Shown: positions 37,946 to 57,628 of the stretch, piece after piece
Layout of the letters: each line of letters begins with the position of its first letter
Position numbering within the stretch: the first letter of the stretch is position 1
The notes under the pieces: generated by a model
Seen by the model: only the letters and a program-made list of their open reading frames with translations
Databases searched by the model: none
Told to the model about the DNA's origin: nothing
DNA from: Macrostomum lignano
Lineage: Eukaryota
Reading direction: 5' to 3'
NCBI GenBank assembly: GCA_002269645.1
Contig: NIVC01003968.1
Location: forward strand, 3,291 to 67,290
DNA length: 64,000 nucleotides
Program-made: the position numbers and the translations under genes

Positions 37946-40900
37946 TCACCTGGCCAGCAGGTCTCGCAGCTCCTGGCACAGGTCGCCAAAATTGGGCGCC
38001 GGTTCGCTCAGGCAAAAGTACATCTCCCATTGCGACGTCTTCCTACCTTGCAACGTCAACGACAACCGTTTAGGGGCGCCGCTTTCGCCACCGCCACCGC
38101 CGCCACCAAGGTCAGACGTGTCAACGTCGAATTCGACTACCGACATTGCTTCGACGCTGTTGCCACCGCCGCTGCCACCACAGCTAGCCGCAAGTGCCAG
38201 CAGCTGCGGCCGGAGGTGCAGGCCAACTAGGCGAAGGAATTCGGCAGCTACGGGTCCCGCCAGTCGGCCCTGAGGCAGAGCGGCCTGGACGCGTGGCAGA
38301 CTCCAGCCGGCCAGTCCAGCAGCAGGTAGGCAAACACGCCGGCTCCGCCCGCCTGTTGAAGCCACTGAGCAGCCGCCTGCTGCTGGCCGGAGCCGCCTGA
38401 CAGGTCGCCAGCGCTGCCACCGTCGATGGTACCCCCAGCCGCATTGTTCAGGGAAGTCAACGAAGCAGCTCGGCCCAACGAGCCGGCTCTTGATCCGCCG
38501 CCCGCCTTTGAGCCGCCGCCTGCCTTCGATCCGCCGCCTGCCTTTGATCCGCCGCCTGCCTTTGATCTTTTCAAGCTGCCGCTACGGCTGCGAAACCACG
38601 ATAAGATGCCGCCGCCGCTGCCAGACTTGGCGTTCACAACTGTCAGATAGTCGGCTGGGTCGGCCAGGGCAATCTCTATCGCTGCCGATGCGCCATTGGC
38701 TGACGCTTGCTGACTGCCTGCGGCTGTGTCGATGCAGGATTTAATTCAGTTAACTTAATTAAACTAACTATATGCTCGTACGTTTGTGATTTAATAGTAA
38801 TGGAGAACTGACTGTGGTTGGCTGACTGTCATTAGGCGGGTAAGAAAAGATAAGGAGGAAGGAACGATTGTGATTGGCTGCGTACAGTCAGACGGGTAAG
38901 AGTTATCTAGATAAATGTACAGTAGCCAGACGACTAAATGACTTTTAATTGGCTGAGACTGGTAAGACTACTGACTGACCAGATAAAAACCTGTAGAGAT
39001 AGGAGAATGATAACGCGGTAGTCTATTCTGATAGACTGAAGATGGTTAATGAAGAATAGAATAGAAAGTAAGCGTCAGAATCGCAGTGAAATTTGGCATC
39101 CTGGCTCTACTCTACCATTTACACTGCTGAGTCTCTCTGAGTCGCAGAAGTTGCAGAAGTCTGCAAACTACATGTTTACAGATTACTCAAATTCTACATT
39201 GGTGAAAATGTCAATTAGGCATTGGAATTGCTTTTTACCAAGACACAACAAAACCAACAAACGCAAATAGATACTCGTAGAAAAAAGAAGATTGATTTTC
39301 TTACGCCAGTGAAACAGATGCGGCAGACGGGCTGGCAAACAGTCCAATAGAAATGACTCGGCAGCTTCTAGCAGAGTCTGTGGCAATCCAGTCAGGTTAG
39401 TTAGCCCGGCGTACAGCAGACAGACGCTCAGGTTGCCATTGGCTACGGAGAGAAGGTGTACAGGCCGGCTGCGCAGGTGACTCGCCGCCTCCTCGTCCGG
39501 GAAGGCGTCGAGATGCACCGGTAGCCAGACAACTCGCAGACGCCGTCGGCCGGCTGGGTAGACGGTGAAGTGTCGGTGCAGCAGCTCGAACAGCCAGCAG
39601 GCGTGGCCCAGCCTGCGGTGCTGCCTGCCGTGCGACAGACAGCCAACTGAGGCTACTCGGCTGCCGGAGTCGGCGAGACTTCCGCCCAGTATGCAGGCGT
39701 GTCCGGTGAAGTCCGGACAGCCGGGACTGCTACCGGACACGAAGTCGGCCAGTAGACGATCGGCGTCCCTGGCCTGGCCGGAGGTCTGACGCCGGGCTGG
39801 CCAAGCCAGGCGGCGAAGGCTCGGCGGTAGGCGGCGCTCCGAGATGGCGGTGAAAAGCACCTGGAGTGGAGCGTTGGGGAGTCAGCACTGAACCACTGGA
39901 CTATAAGAGGACGTAAGACTTAACAATTTCTACGAAGGCATGATCACAAATAGATGAAGAAATACGAAAAGAACAAAGTATCAAAAATGATAATTTTTAT
40001 CACAATGTTTTAATTGGTATCCAGGAAATCTGGCACCCTAATAATTGACACGATCTTGGATTTTTATGCAGTCGTGTTAATCACAATGTTTTTTTGAATT
40101 GCTCGCAGAAGCTGAGGGAATTTGAGGACGCGCGCTTTAACTACTAAGAACGCAAGATACATAAAATGTCAGGCAACGGACGCGTTGGTTACGAGCTAGT
40201 TTAGCAGCTAGTTAGTAAACAGTTATGCCACGTTACAGTTATGGGCAATTTGGTTTGAGAGACGGACCCAAAGTCCGCCAGACTGACGAAGATAAACGAG
40301 AAACATGTCGTATGACCGTTTTGTATTTTTTTCACTTTAGAGAGGCACTGCAGGATTGAATTGACGAAAGGAAAATGTATAAAAAAATTCTAGTTCGTCT
40401 GAGTACGCTACCCTCGTGACCAAATGCTGAGCTGGACACCTCACGTCCAAGCCAAAGTCTGCGCGCGTCACCTTTATCCATAGGCTGAGCTGGACCTCCA
40501 AGCCAAAGTCTTTTTACATCAGCTCAACCCTCAAAAAATGGACAGCTCACGTTAAACATACATCAGTTTACCTGCAATAGCTGGCACAGCGGCTCATTGT
40601 AACCGGCGGTGTCCTCATTAGCCTCCTCCTGACTGCTTGTCTGCACCGGATTTCCTCTCGGCCAGCCCAGCAAAAGGAAAAGGTCCAGCAGGTGGCCCGC
40701 CAGTTGCACGGTATCGGCTCCGGAACCGTTGAGCCAGGCTGTCGGCGCGGCCAGAACGCACACGAGGCGAGCATTGGACAGTTGGCACGGCCGCATTGCC
40801 GCTGTCACCTCCTGGCCGTCCGGATCTTCGAAAGTTAGCGTTCTGTGCAGTTGAGCAAGGTTTGAATATCGATTATGCCGGTTTGTCTATGTTGATTGTT

Positions 40901-43900
40901 ATTTGTAGATTCTGATTGGTTCAGATTGGTCAGTTGGGTAAGAGAGGAGATGAGACGGTCGATGGATGATTCTGATTGGTTCAGATTTGTCTGGGGTAAG
41001 AGAGGAAATGAGACGGTCGATAAATGATTCTGATTGGTTGAGATTGGTCAGTTAGATTAGAGAGGAAATGAAACGGCCAATGGATGATTGGCTCGTATTT
41101 GAAAATAATAAATTTAAAGGGAATAAGACGGTAAGTACGACTTCCCCCCGAGCGCAATGCCAATACAAAGTAAATTTGTTAAAGACATAAACAAGACTTA
41201 GTATTAATTAAAACACTTTATGGATTACAAATACAGTTACCCAATGGCATTCCTTGTGTTTGTAGTTATATATAGGAACGCGAATTGTCAGAGAAGATGT
41301 CACATTGTAAGAGTTTCTGTCATCGTAATATCTATATTATACAGTGTGTTAATGAATAGTGTTAACTCGCCAACTTAGATCGGCGCTAAGCCATATTCAA
41401 GATTGATGAACCCAAAATAGGAGGAAGATAAACGAGACTTCATTAACTATCTTGAGAAAAGCACATGGGCGGAAGTCACTAAAGGCAGATGAGGCGAGAT
41501 TTCAAGTCCAGAATCCAGGCTAATGGAGCTCAACAAAGAGATAAAATTAATGAAACACCTTAGCGATTAGTCCAGAATTCCTTCGAAATTAAAAAGCCCC
41601 TAACTTAAAGTACCAAAGTGTCGGTGTCCGATAAAGAATCGGATTACTGGCCTCAGGCCGCAAAATGTTTCTAAGAATTTTGGATTGCAAATTACCAAAA
41701 AACGCTAGATTTAATGAAGACGTTTCTTTTAATAAATAATTGCACCTGCCCAAACACGAGGATTTGGGATTAAAATCAACAAGCCTGAACTGCCTGCGTC
41801 GTGCTAATCTCCCTCTAATTTTGTGCCACGGTTTCCATCCACCCACTCACTGATTCTTGAAAGCCACCGCTATAGCAACTATCAATCAGTGTGTCTGGGG
41901 CTTCTCTAGGCTGTCTGTTTTTTTACTAATATGCAGTCCCGAATCACTGGCTTCTCAATTTCTCTTCTCGAGATGTTGTCAGACTGACTGGATTTTCAAT
42001 CTAGATAATCTCCGTTTTTCTTTTTAACGTTTTCCTTGACGAAATGACCAAAAATAATAATTAGCTCAGAGAGATAGAAGAGTTAATTATCAGTGAGGAA
42101 TCATTAAATAAGGACTGTTAGCTCTATGTTTCTGCCTTTATTATCTGCTTCACACTCTATTTTCTACTTTCACCCTCTGCCCTCTGTTTTACCCTCTGCC
42201 CTCTGTTTTACCCTCTACCCTCTGTTTTACCCTCTACCCTCTGCTTGACCCTCTACCCTCTGCTTCACCCTCTACCCTCTGCTTCACCCTCTACCCTCTG
42301 CTTCACCCTCTACCCTCTGCTTTACCATCTACCCTCTGCTTCACCATATACCCTCTGCTTCACCATCTACCCTCTGCTTTACCATCTACCCTCTGCTTCA
42401 CCATCTACCCTCTGCTTTACCATCTACCCTCTGCTTTACCATCTACCCTCTGCTTCACCATCTACCCTCTGCTTTACCATCTACCCTCTGCTTCACCATC
42501 TACCCTCTGCTTTACCATCTACCCTCTGCTTCACCATCTACCCTCTGCTTTACTATCTACCCTCTGCTTCACCATCTACCCTCTGCTTTACCATCTACCC
42601 TCTGCTTCACCATCTACCCTCTGCTTTACCATCTACCCTCTGCTTCACCATCTACCCTCTGCTTCACCCTCTACCCTCTGCTTCACCCTCTACCCTTCTG
42701 CTTCACCCTCTACCCCCTGCTTCACCCTCTACCCTCTGCTTCACCCTCTACCCCTGCTTCACCCTCTACCCTCTGCTTCACCCTCTACCCTCTGCTTCAC
42801 CCTCTACCCTCTGTTTCCCCCTCTACCCTCTGCTTTACCCTCTACCCTCTGCTTCACCCTCTACCCTCTGTTTCCCCTCTACCCTCTGCTTCACCCTCTA
42901 CCCTTTTGCTTCACCCTCTACCCTCTGCTTCACCCTCTACCCTCTGCTTCACCCTCTACCCTCTGCTTCACCCTCTACCCTCTGCTTCACCCTCTACCCT
43001 CTGCTTCACCCTCTACTCTCTGCTTCAAACGTATCGTGAGCCCTAGGCACAACAGAAGAGTTTGAATCAAGCATGAACTCACTGAAAAAACAGGCAGACA
43101 AATGACGCACAGACTTACCTGCACGGGAATTCGCCAGCACAGCCGACTTGGCCTCCTCGGCGGCCGCGCCGTTCGCTGAGGACTTCGCCCGGCCCGGGAG
43201 CAGGTCCGGCCAGACCGACCAGGCGGCCATCAGGAAGCCGCGCAGGCCGCACAGCCGACTTTGCCGTCTGGGCGGAAACGCGAACAGAACGTCGGCGAAG
43301 TCCCCGTTAACGCCAGAGGAACCGTCGGCCATGTCTGAGGATCGGACATCGGTTCGCAGCAACAGCAGGCCGTGGGTGTCGGCGATGGGACTGGCAGCTC
43401 CACTCTGACCGCCGCCGCCGCCGCCGCCGCCTCCGCTGCCGACAAGGATGGCGCAGTTGCTCTCAAGATCATAGACTGGCGGCGGCGGCGGCATTTGGGA
43501 GGCCGGCAAATCCTGCGCAGACTGTTGTTGGCGACGGTTGAAGCTCAAAGTGACGAGACAGGCGCTTCTGCTGGGCTGCTGCTGCTGATGGGTGTCAAGG
43601 AGATCGGGACAGAAGATCTGGGTTGGAGGACTCCTTCATAAACTGCAGGCTCCCGAGTTAGATAAATTAAATGCCTTCTATCTTATTCTATCCATCTAGC
43701 ACGTCACTTATATTGATACATCTAGAACGCCCCGTATAAATCTAGCACGACTAGCACACCTCATATGCATCTTGCACGTCTCATATCCCTCTAGAGCAAG
43801 CTTCATACGTATCTAGCACTTTTCATATGCATCTTGCACGCCTCATATCTCTCTAGAGCAAGCCTCATACGCATCTAGCACGCCTCGTATACATCTAGCA

Positions 43901-44248
43901 CGCATCATCTAGCCTTACCTGATGCCTGGACTGGCGCTCCTCAGCCGGCCTGCGCACGTACTGATCAGCCGGATTGAGCGCGTCGCCAAGCCGCACCGGA
44001 ATTCCGTTGACCCCCACCAGACAATCGTCGATGCGAACACGCCGACTGTCCAGATGCCCGACGCCCGGCGTGAAACCTTTGACAGCCAGTGGGGTATTCT
44101 CGTCGACCTCGTCGCTATTTTTGGCTTGACCAATTGTAGAGGCCTCAGTGCCACGTTTGAGTATGAGTCCGCAGTCCGAGCGGAGGAACTCTTCCAGGGT
44201 GCAGTCAGCCGGAGACGTCAGGCTTGTCAGCATCAGCGTTACGGACAT
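37946..44248 (-). CDS. INTU: Inturned-like (PDZ + longin domains) CPLANE protein; exons about 44248-43919, 43617-43119, ~40840-40572, 39860-39305, 38723-37946 (1-nt frameshift near 38265; exon 2/3 phase unresolved)
   Basis: PDZ-like GFTPG...IDDCLVGVNG. DVLFAFP...LCGLRGFL resembles INTU longin 1, ILGGSL...HLLSVANG.LSVCLL longin 2, and FAYLLLD...GRK...EMYFC the C-terminus. Most junctions are GT-AG and phase-consistent. Confidence 0.62.
42170..43026. repeat. 19-bp minisatellite (CACCCTCTACCCTCTGCTT)n in the INTU-like intron
   Basis: Direct inspection. Confidence 0.95.
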
Positions 44249-44380
44249 CAGCTGCTGCTGATGCTGCGGCTCCGGATGCGCTTGCCTCTGGCGATGCTGC
44301 AAATTAAATTTTTTATAATCGAAATGCAATTCTGAATGCAGATTGCAAACTATAATGTTTTTTTGTCCAAAGATCTTAAC

Positions 44381-44850
44381 CTAGTATCTGGAGTGGAATG
44401 CGTCTCTAGCCAAACTAAAGAGAACTAGATCTAGTATCTGGAGTGGAATACGTCTCTAGCCAAGCCAAAGAGAACTAGATCTAGTATCTGGAGTGGAATA
44501 CGTCTCCAGCCAAGCCAAAGAGAACTAGATCTAGTATCTGGAGTGGAATACGTCTCCAGCCAAGCCAAAGAGAACTAGATCTAGTATCTGGAGTGGAATA
44601 CGTCTCCAGCCAAGCCAAAGAGAACTAGATCTAGTATCTGGAGTGGAATACGTCTCCAGCCAAGCCAAAGAGAACTAGATCTAGTATCTGGAGTGGAATA
44701 CGTCTCCAGCCAAGCCAAAGAGAACTAGATCTAGTATCTGGAGTGGAATACGTCTCCAGCCAAGCCAAAGAGAACTAGATCTAGTATCTGGAGTGGAATA
44801 CGTCTCCAGCCAAGCCAAAGAGAACTAGATCTAGTATCTGGAGTGGAATA
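44381..44850. repeat. 50-bp tandem repeat, ~9.4 copies, between the MINDY4B-like stop and the INTU-like 5' acceptor
   Basis: Unit CTAGTATCTGGAGTGGAATACGTCTCCAGCCAAGCCAAAGAGAACTAGAT, head to tail with no spacers. Confidence 0.97.
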
Positions 44851-45171
44851 CATCCTGAATTTTCTAAATACAAAAGTTCAAAAGAACATACCACAAAGGC
44901 AGGCATCTGCCAAACTCATTTAATTATGTAAGGCACAAGTTAATTGTCTGTCAATAATAAATATTTTACGAGCGTATTAGCTAATTATCACGGCTAGAAG
45001 GAAAAATGATCAGTTGAAAATTAACAAAGGTCAACTATAGAAATAAAGAATTACTAAACTACAAATCCGAGAAAGCACCAAGTCCGTTAGCAGACAGCAG
45101 TGAAGTGCGTATGAAAAATGCAGACATGTTTCATGGCTAAAAAGAGTGCATTTTGCATACCAGTGAACATC

Positions 45172-45323
45172 TCACACAGGTGGATCTGTCCACAGAGAGA
45201 TCTGTCACACAAGTAGATCTGTCACACAAGTAGATCTGTCACACAAGTAGATCTGTCACACAGGTAGATCTGTCACACAGGTAAATCTGTCACACAGGTA
45301 GATCTGTCACACAGGTAGACCTG

Positions 45324-45326
<3 letters not shown>
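45172..45326. repeat. 17-bp minisatellite (GATCTGTCACACA(A/G)GTA)n abutting the MINDY4B-like stop codon
   Basis: Direct inspection. Confidence 0.9.
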
Positions 45327-53385
<8,059 letters not shown>

Positions 53386-55105
53386 GTCAGCAAATGTTTT
53401 AGTGAGGTTACTTAATTATCAAAAAAGTATAAGGAATATAAAATAATAACAATGTTATAGAAAAAAGCAATAAATGTTTAATTTTTTTAAGAGTAGCAAA
53501 TGATAAGGAGATAAAAAGCCTCAAAACAAAAAGCTTGAAAACTCGTTATTAAAAAAATAGATTTTAGAACATTAATAACCATATTAAATATAAAATATAA
53601 CAAGTATTAATATATATTTAAAGAATTTGCTCAAAGCTAATATTGTAATTTTTTATTACTAATGATTATCAAGTTCTATTTCATGAAAAAGTTTATTTAA
53701 TTTTAATTGATTATATTAGTTACAAGTGAAGAAGAATTTAATAACATTCTATTGCTAAAAGTTTTTATTTAATGTTTTGCAATATAGCTAATTATCCATG
53801 CAAATATCATTCTAAGTAAGTTGAATACTTAATGATTTCCTATTCATAACTTATGTGTCTCTCCTTTTTAGGCCCTAGACTAGGTTTAAGAAGAAAAAAG
53901 CGATTCCTGCAGGCTGAATCAAAAAAACATGAAATTACTAAAAATAAAATAAACAGCTATGGGCCTAGCTGCCATACGCCCATAATGAATAACAAAATAC
54001 AAAAAACTATCGAGATGAATAAGAGTAGGAGGCATCGTTCATAGTATATTTGACTAGCAATCAGCGCCCCCCGTTGGGGAGCCAAAAAAATGCTATCTAC
54101 TATCACGATCATTTGCCATTTACCAATGGGCAATGGAATGTTTTTATTGCGAAATAATTTTGTGGTGGGTTTATCTTAGTGGTATCTGACATTAACGGAA
54201 CAAACAAAATAGTTTTGTGCTGTTTGCGAATTTACTATAATATCTCATATCTTAAATTTCATATCGCGTTTAAACCAAACAAGAACAGGTTAAAACTTAA
54301 ACCTTTGCTTGGCCCAACAAAAATGTGAGTTCCGATGGAAAGTTGTGTTGGTGTCTTGTATAATTTTAGTGTAAGTATATTTTTGCTTAGAAACTTCAAA
54401 AAGTATACAAAAAAATCTGCACTACTAATATATACAATTTATAAAAATGCAGACAGAACTGCATAATATCACAGTACAGTTTGTTTATCTTCCTATCTAA
54501 AAACGATAACTTTTTAAATGATCACTATCCGCAAAAAAAACGCAAAAAATTTAATCGCAGTTTCATACACGATTGGGTCTATACAGTATATGACGTATCA
54601 TAATTAACTAAACCCTAATACTATAAAAATGAGTTGACTAATAATAATAATTATTATTATATTAATAACAGTAAATGTATATTCATTAAGCCCAAAATTT
54701 TTAAAGTTAGGGCCTAATGCCTAACTAATATTAGGTAGGCTAATAACTATTGATTGTAGTAACAAATTATTTATATCCATAGGCCCCTATACTAAAAATG
54801 GTCTGTCGGTATCTATCTATCTATCTAGGTATATAGGTATGCGATCGATTTTAGCAAAGTTTACACTAAATTTATATTATTATAATTTTTTTAGCTTTGC
54901 TTCATTTACAATTGATATTCTAAGCTAGAAGTCTAGAACTTAATACTTGGTCCAGAACAAGGTTAGTCAGAATCAAGCTATATATACACCAAAAGCCATC
55001 CTATTTTAGACTTTTAGTATTTTCCTATTTATCTAATTATTTCACAGGTAAGTTGTATTTTTGGCTAAGAAGTAAATGGCACATGACCAAGATGGCCACA
55101 TACCA

Positions 55106-55592
55106 ACATGGCCTGGTAATGGCTAGAGTTCCGGCACCAGAACCCATTTTCTAACAGCTAGGGATCCAGCAGTGCCATATAGAAGCATATAAAGACTACT
55201 AAGAACATATCCATGCTTGGGCGCAACCTAGGGATTCACCCGGCCGTTTCTATTGGCAACACACACACGTAAGTCGCTATTGGACAGAATAGTAGTCACG
55301 TGACTGCTCTCAGCCAATAGCGACTTACATGTGTGTGTTGCCAATAGAAACGGCCGGGTGATTCCAAGGTTGCGCATGTATGAACATATCTTAAGAAGTC
55401 TGAATATTAGAAGCATCTCATCCTAAATCTTATCATATCGTCTTAAATTTTAATCTAGAACAAAATCTCAATATCAGCCACCTGTAGAAAGAAAAATATA
55501 ATGTTCCATCTATATTATAATGGCACTGCCGGATCCGTAGCTGTTAGAAAATGGGTTCCGGTGCCGGAACTCTAGCCATTGCCACATGGCCT
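55106..55592. mobile_element. Mutator-like MITE (~64-bp TIRs, 9-bp TSD) containing a nested palindromic MITE with its own 9-bp direct repeat
   Basis: TIRs at 55115-55178 and 55520-55583; TSD ACATGGCCT at 55106-55114 and 55584-55592. Inner palindrome 55221-55375 is flanked by GAACATATC at 55203-55211 and 55382-55390. Confidence 0.8.
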
Positions 55593-55745
55593 AGCTTTTA
55601 TTGTAGCTTGACCTATAGATGTTTATCCACTAAATAAACTTAATAAAGCAAGTAGCTAAGCACAAAATAAATACCTTGTTGCATATTTATTTCATTTTTG
55701 CATAGCATAAATATTAGCAATGATTTCTCAATAAACTGATGGTAA

Positions 55746-56513
55746 TGTACTAGTGCTATGCCTTTATCATAGTATACTCGAATGTTCTTTCAATGTAATA
55801 ACTGTATATTCGAATCTTTCTTAGAAACTGAATCTACGCGAACGCCAAATAATAGTTTGTTTTAATGCGCGAAATAAATTGGAGAATTATTTTTTTGTTT
55901 TAATCGTATGTGGGGAAAATCACTATATATAGGAGCGGTTTTGCGACAAATATACTCCAACTGTCTTTTACCCGTGAGCAAATAATTGCGAACAGAATAA
56001 GCAGTTCAATCTAAACCATTTCAAAGTCTTTGAGCTAAATAGCGACTTATTTATTTGCAAAACCTGTGAAACGATTCTAAGAAATTTGCTAAGAGAAGGG
56101 AATTGGGACTAATTCTTGGAGATATACCAAGAGAGGCGCCGTGACCCTCTAGTCTTGGTGAACGCCCGATTAGGACTATACACTAATACATATACCAGTA
56201 CTAGACCGCTCAGGCCATAAGCTACTAGAACGCTACCAGAAAGCAAGCCATAAGCTACCAGAAACGCTACTAAGAACGCTACCAGAAACGCTACTAAGAA
56301 CGCTACCCAGAAATATTTAAATGAAATTCTAAGAAATAGTTAGGGAGTAAAAGCAAGTATAATCAGGATAACTGTAGTTGGCAAATCGGTGGGATTAAAA
56401 TTAATAAAGTAAGAGGTGAAAGGCCTGTAACAACTTTGGTGGCAGCTCGTAGGATATTTAATAAACACTAATAGTTAGAAGTTTAGAAAGACAGAGCCAA
56501 AAGGCCTGTCACA
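55746..56513 (+). repeat. 5' LTR (end at TGTCACA 56513 inferred from the PBS; 56432 is an alternative)
   Basis: Matches 63641-64000; TG...CA ends; internal AGAAACGCTAC(C/T) repeats at about 56225-56310. Confidence 0.75.
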
Positions 56514-56515
56514 GC

Positions 56516-56534
56516 TGGTGGCAGCGGTGGGATT
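56516..56534 (+). promoter_or_regulatory. Primer binding site complementary to the tRNA-Leu (AAG/TAG type) 3' end
   Basis: TGGTGGCAGCGGTGGGATT is the reverse complement of AATCCCACCGCTGCCACCA. Confidence 0.85.
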
Positions 56535-56613
56535 AGAGAAACGGCGCGAACTCTCAAAACTAGATTCAGAAGAATTCCGAAGAATAATTTGAAAAGTTTT
56601 TCGTAGAGAAAAG

Positions 56614-57594
56614 ATGAATCAGAATCAGGCTAATGACGCCATCGCCATGCTGGCAGAAGAATTGCGAAACCGACTAGAGATAGGGCCGATGAGACACGTT
56701 AAGATTCAGAAATTCACACCTACGCAAGACATTCGGATCTGGCTAACAGCCTTCGATCAGCGCTGTGAAGTAGAAGGGATAGATGAGGAACATAGGAAGC
56801 AGGAATTGCTAGCTAATCTGGACCTGTCCACTGCATTCGCAGCGGTACAGCGCCTAAATCTGCCCGAGGATCTTGAATACGAAGAGTTCAAAGAGCGACT
56901 GATTGAGCGATTCGGAAGAATCGGTAGTTCCGCAGAATTCAGAGAGGAGTTTCGTGGAAGAATGCAAGGCAGAAATGAGCCTGTAGAGACTTTCGCAGAC
57001 TGTTTGATCGAGCTGGCATCGCGTGCATTTCCGAATATGACTGTTGAGCAGAGGGAAGAAGAAATTGTTGAGCAATTCATCAAGGGAATCAGAATTCCGT
57101 CAGAGACCCGTGAGAAGCTAATCTTTGCGCAGCCAGGCAATTTACAAGAGGCTAGAAGAATGCTAAGAAGGATGGAGGCTGCGTGGAACATGTCTCACAA
57201 GAATGTCAACATGAGAATGGCCAAAGGCGAAGGCGAGAGTGAGCAGAAGGCAGATCAGGAGAAGCTTGAGGACATCATCAAGAAGCAGAGAGCAGAGCTA
57301 GAGCAACAGAAGAAGGCGATTGAAGAGCTGATGGAAGAGAAGAGAGCTAGCCGTCAGCAGTATCATCCGCAGAATCAATATCAAACGTACGCTCAGGTCG
57401 CTGGACCGCAGCAGCAGCAGCAGCAGCAGCCAGTATGGCGCGGTCAGCCTCAGTTCAACAGGCAGCCACAGCAACAGCAGCAACCTCGAGCCTGCTACAA
57501 TTGCGGAAAGCTTGGCCACATGGCGAGGAATTGCCAGAGCGCTAGGCCAAACGGTCAGCGAGTGGTGAACTACCAGAAGCAGCAGGGAAACTGA
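56614..57594 (+). CDS. gag: Gag: capsid-like domain, coiled coil and CCHC zinc knuckle (326 aa)
   Basis: CYNCGKLGHMARNC; FRGRMQGRNEPVETFADCLIELASRAFP is typical of gypsy Gag. Confidence 0.92.
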   Translation: MNQNQANDAIAMLAEELRNRLEIGPMRHVKIQKFTPTQDIRIWLTAFDQRCEVEGIDEEHRKQELLANLDLSTAFAAVQRLNLPEDLEYEEFKERLIERFGRIGSSAEFREEFRGRMQGRNEPVETFADCLIELASRAFPNMTVEQREEEIVEQFIKGIRIPSETREKLIFAQPGNLQEARRMLRRMEAAWNMSHKNVNMRMAKGEGESEQKADQEKLEDIIKKQRAELEQQKKAIEELMEEKRASRQQYHPQNQYQTYAQVAGPQQQQQQQPVWRGQPQFNRQPQQQQQPRACYNCGKLGHMARNCQSARPNGQRVVNYQKQQGN

Positions 57595-57628
57595 GTAGCG
57601 AGGGCCGCTTTGCGAGGCCACGTCCCTC
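57585..57628 (+). promoter_or_regulatory. -1 ribosomal frameshift signal (G GGA AAC + downstream stem-loop)
   Basis: The heptamer at 57585-57591 sits just before the gag stop and is followed by GAGGG-CCGC-TTT-GCGAGGCC-ACGT-CCCTC, which can fold into nested stems. Confidence 0.7.

Noticed and set aside
42245-43039. 264-aa PSASPSTLCFT repeat ORF
   Set aside because: Translation of the 19-bp minisatellite, antisense to the host gene's intron.
44381-44850. CRISPR-like regular array
   Set aside because: Units are identical head to tail with no unique spacers, in a eukaryotic context with no cas genes.
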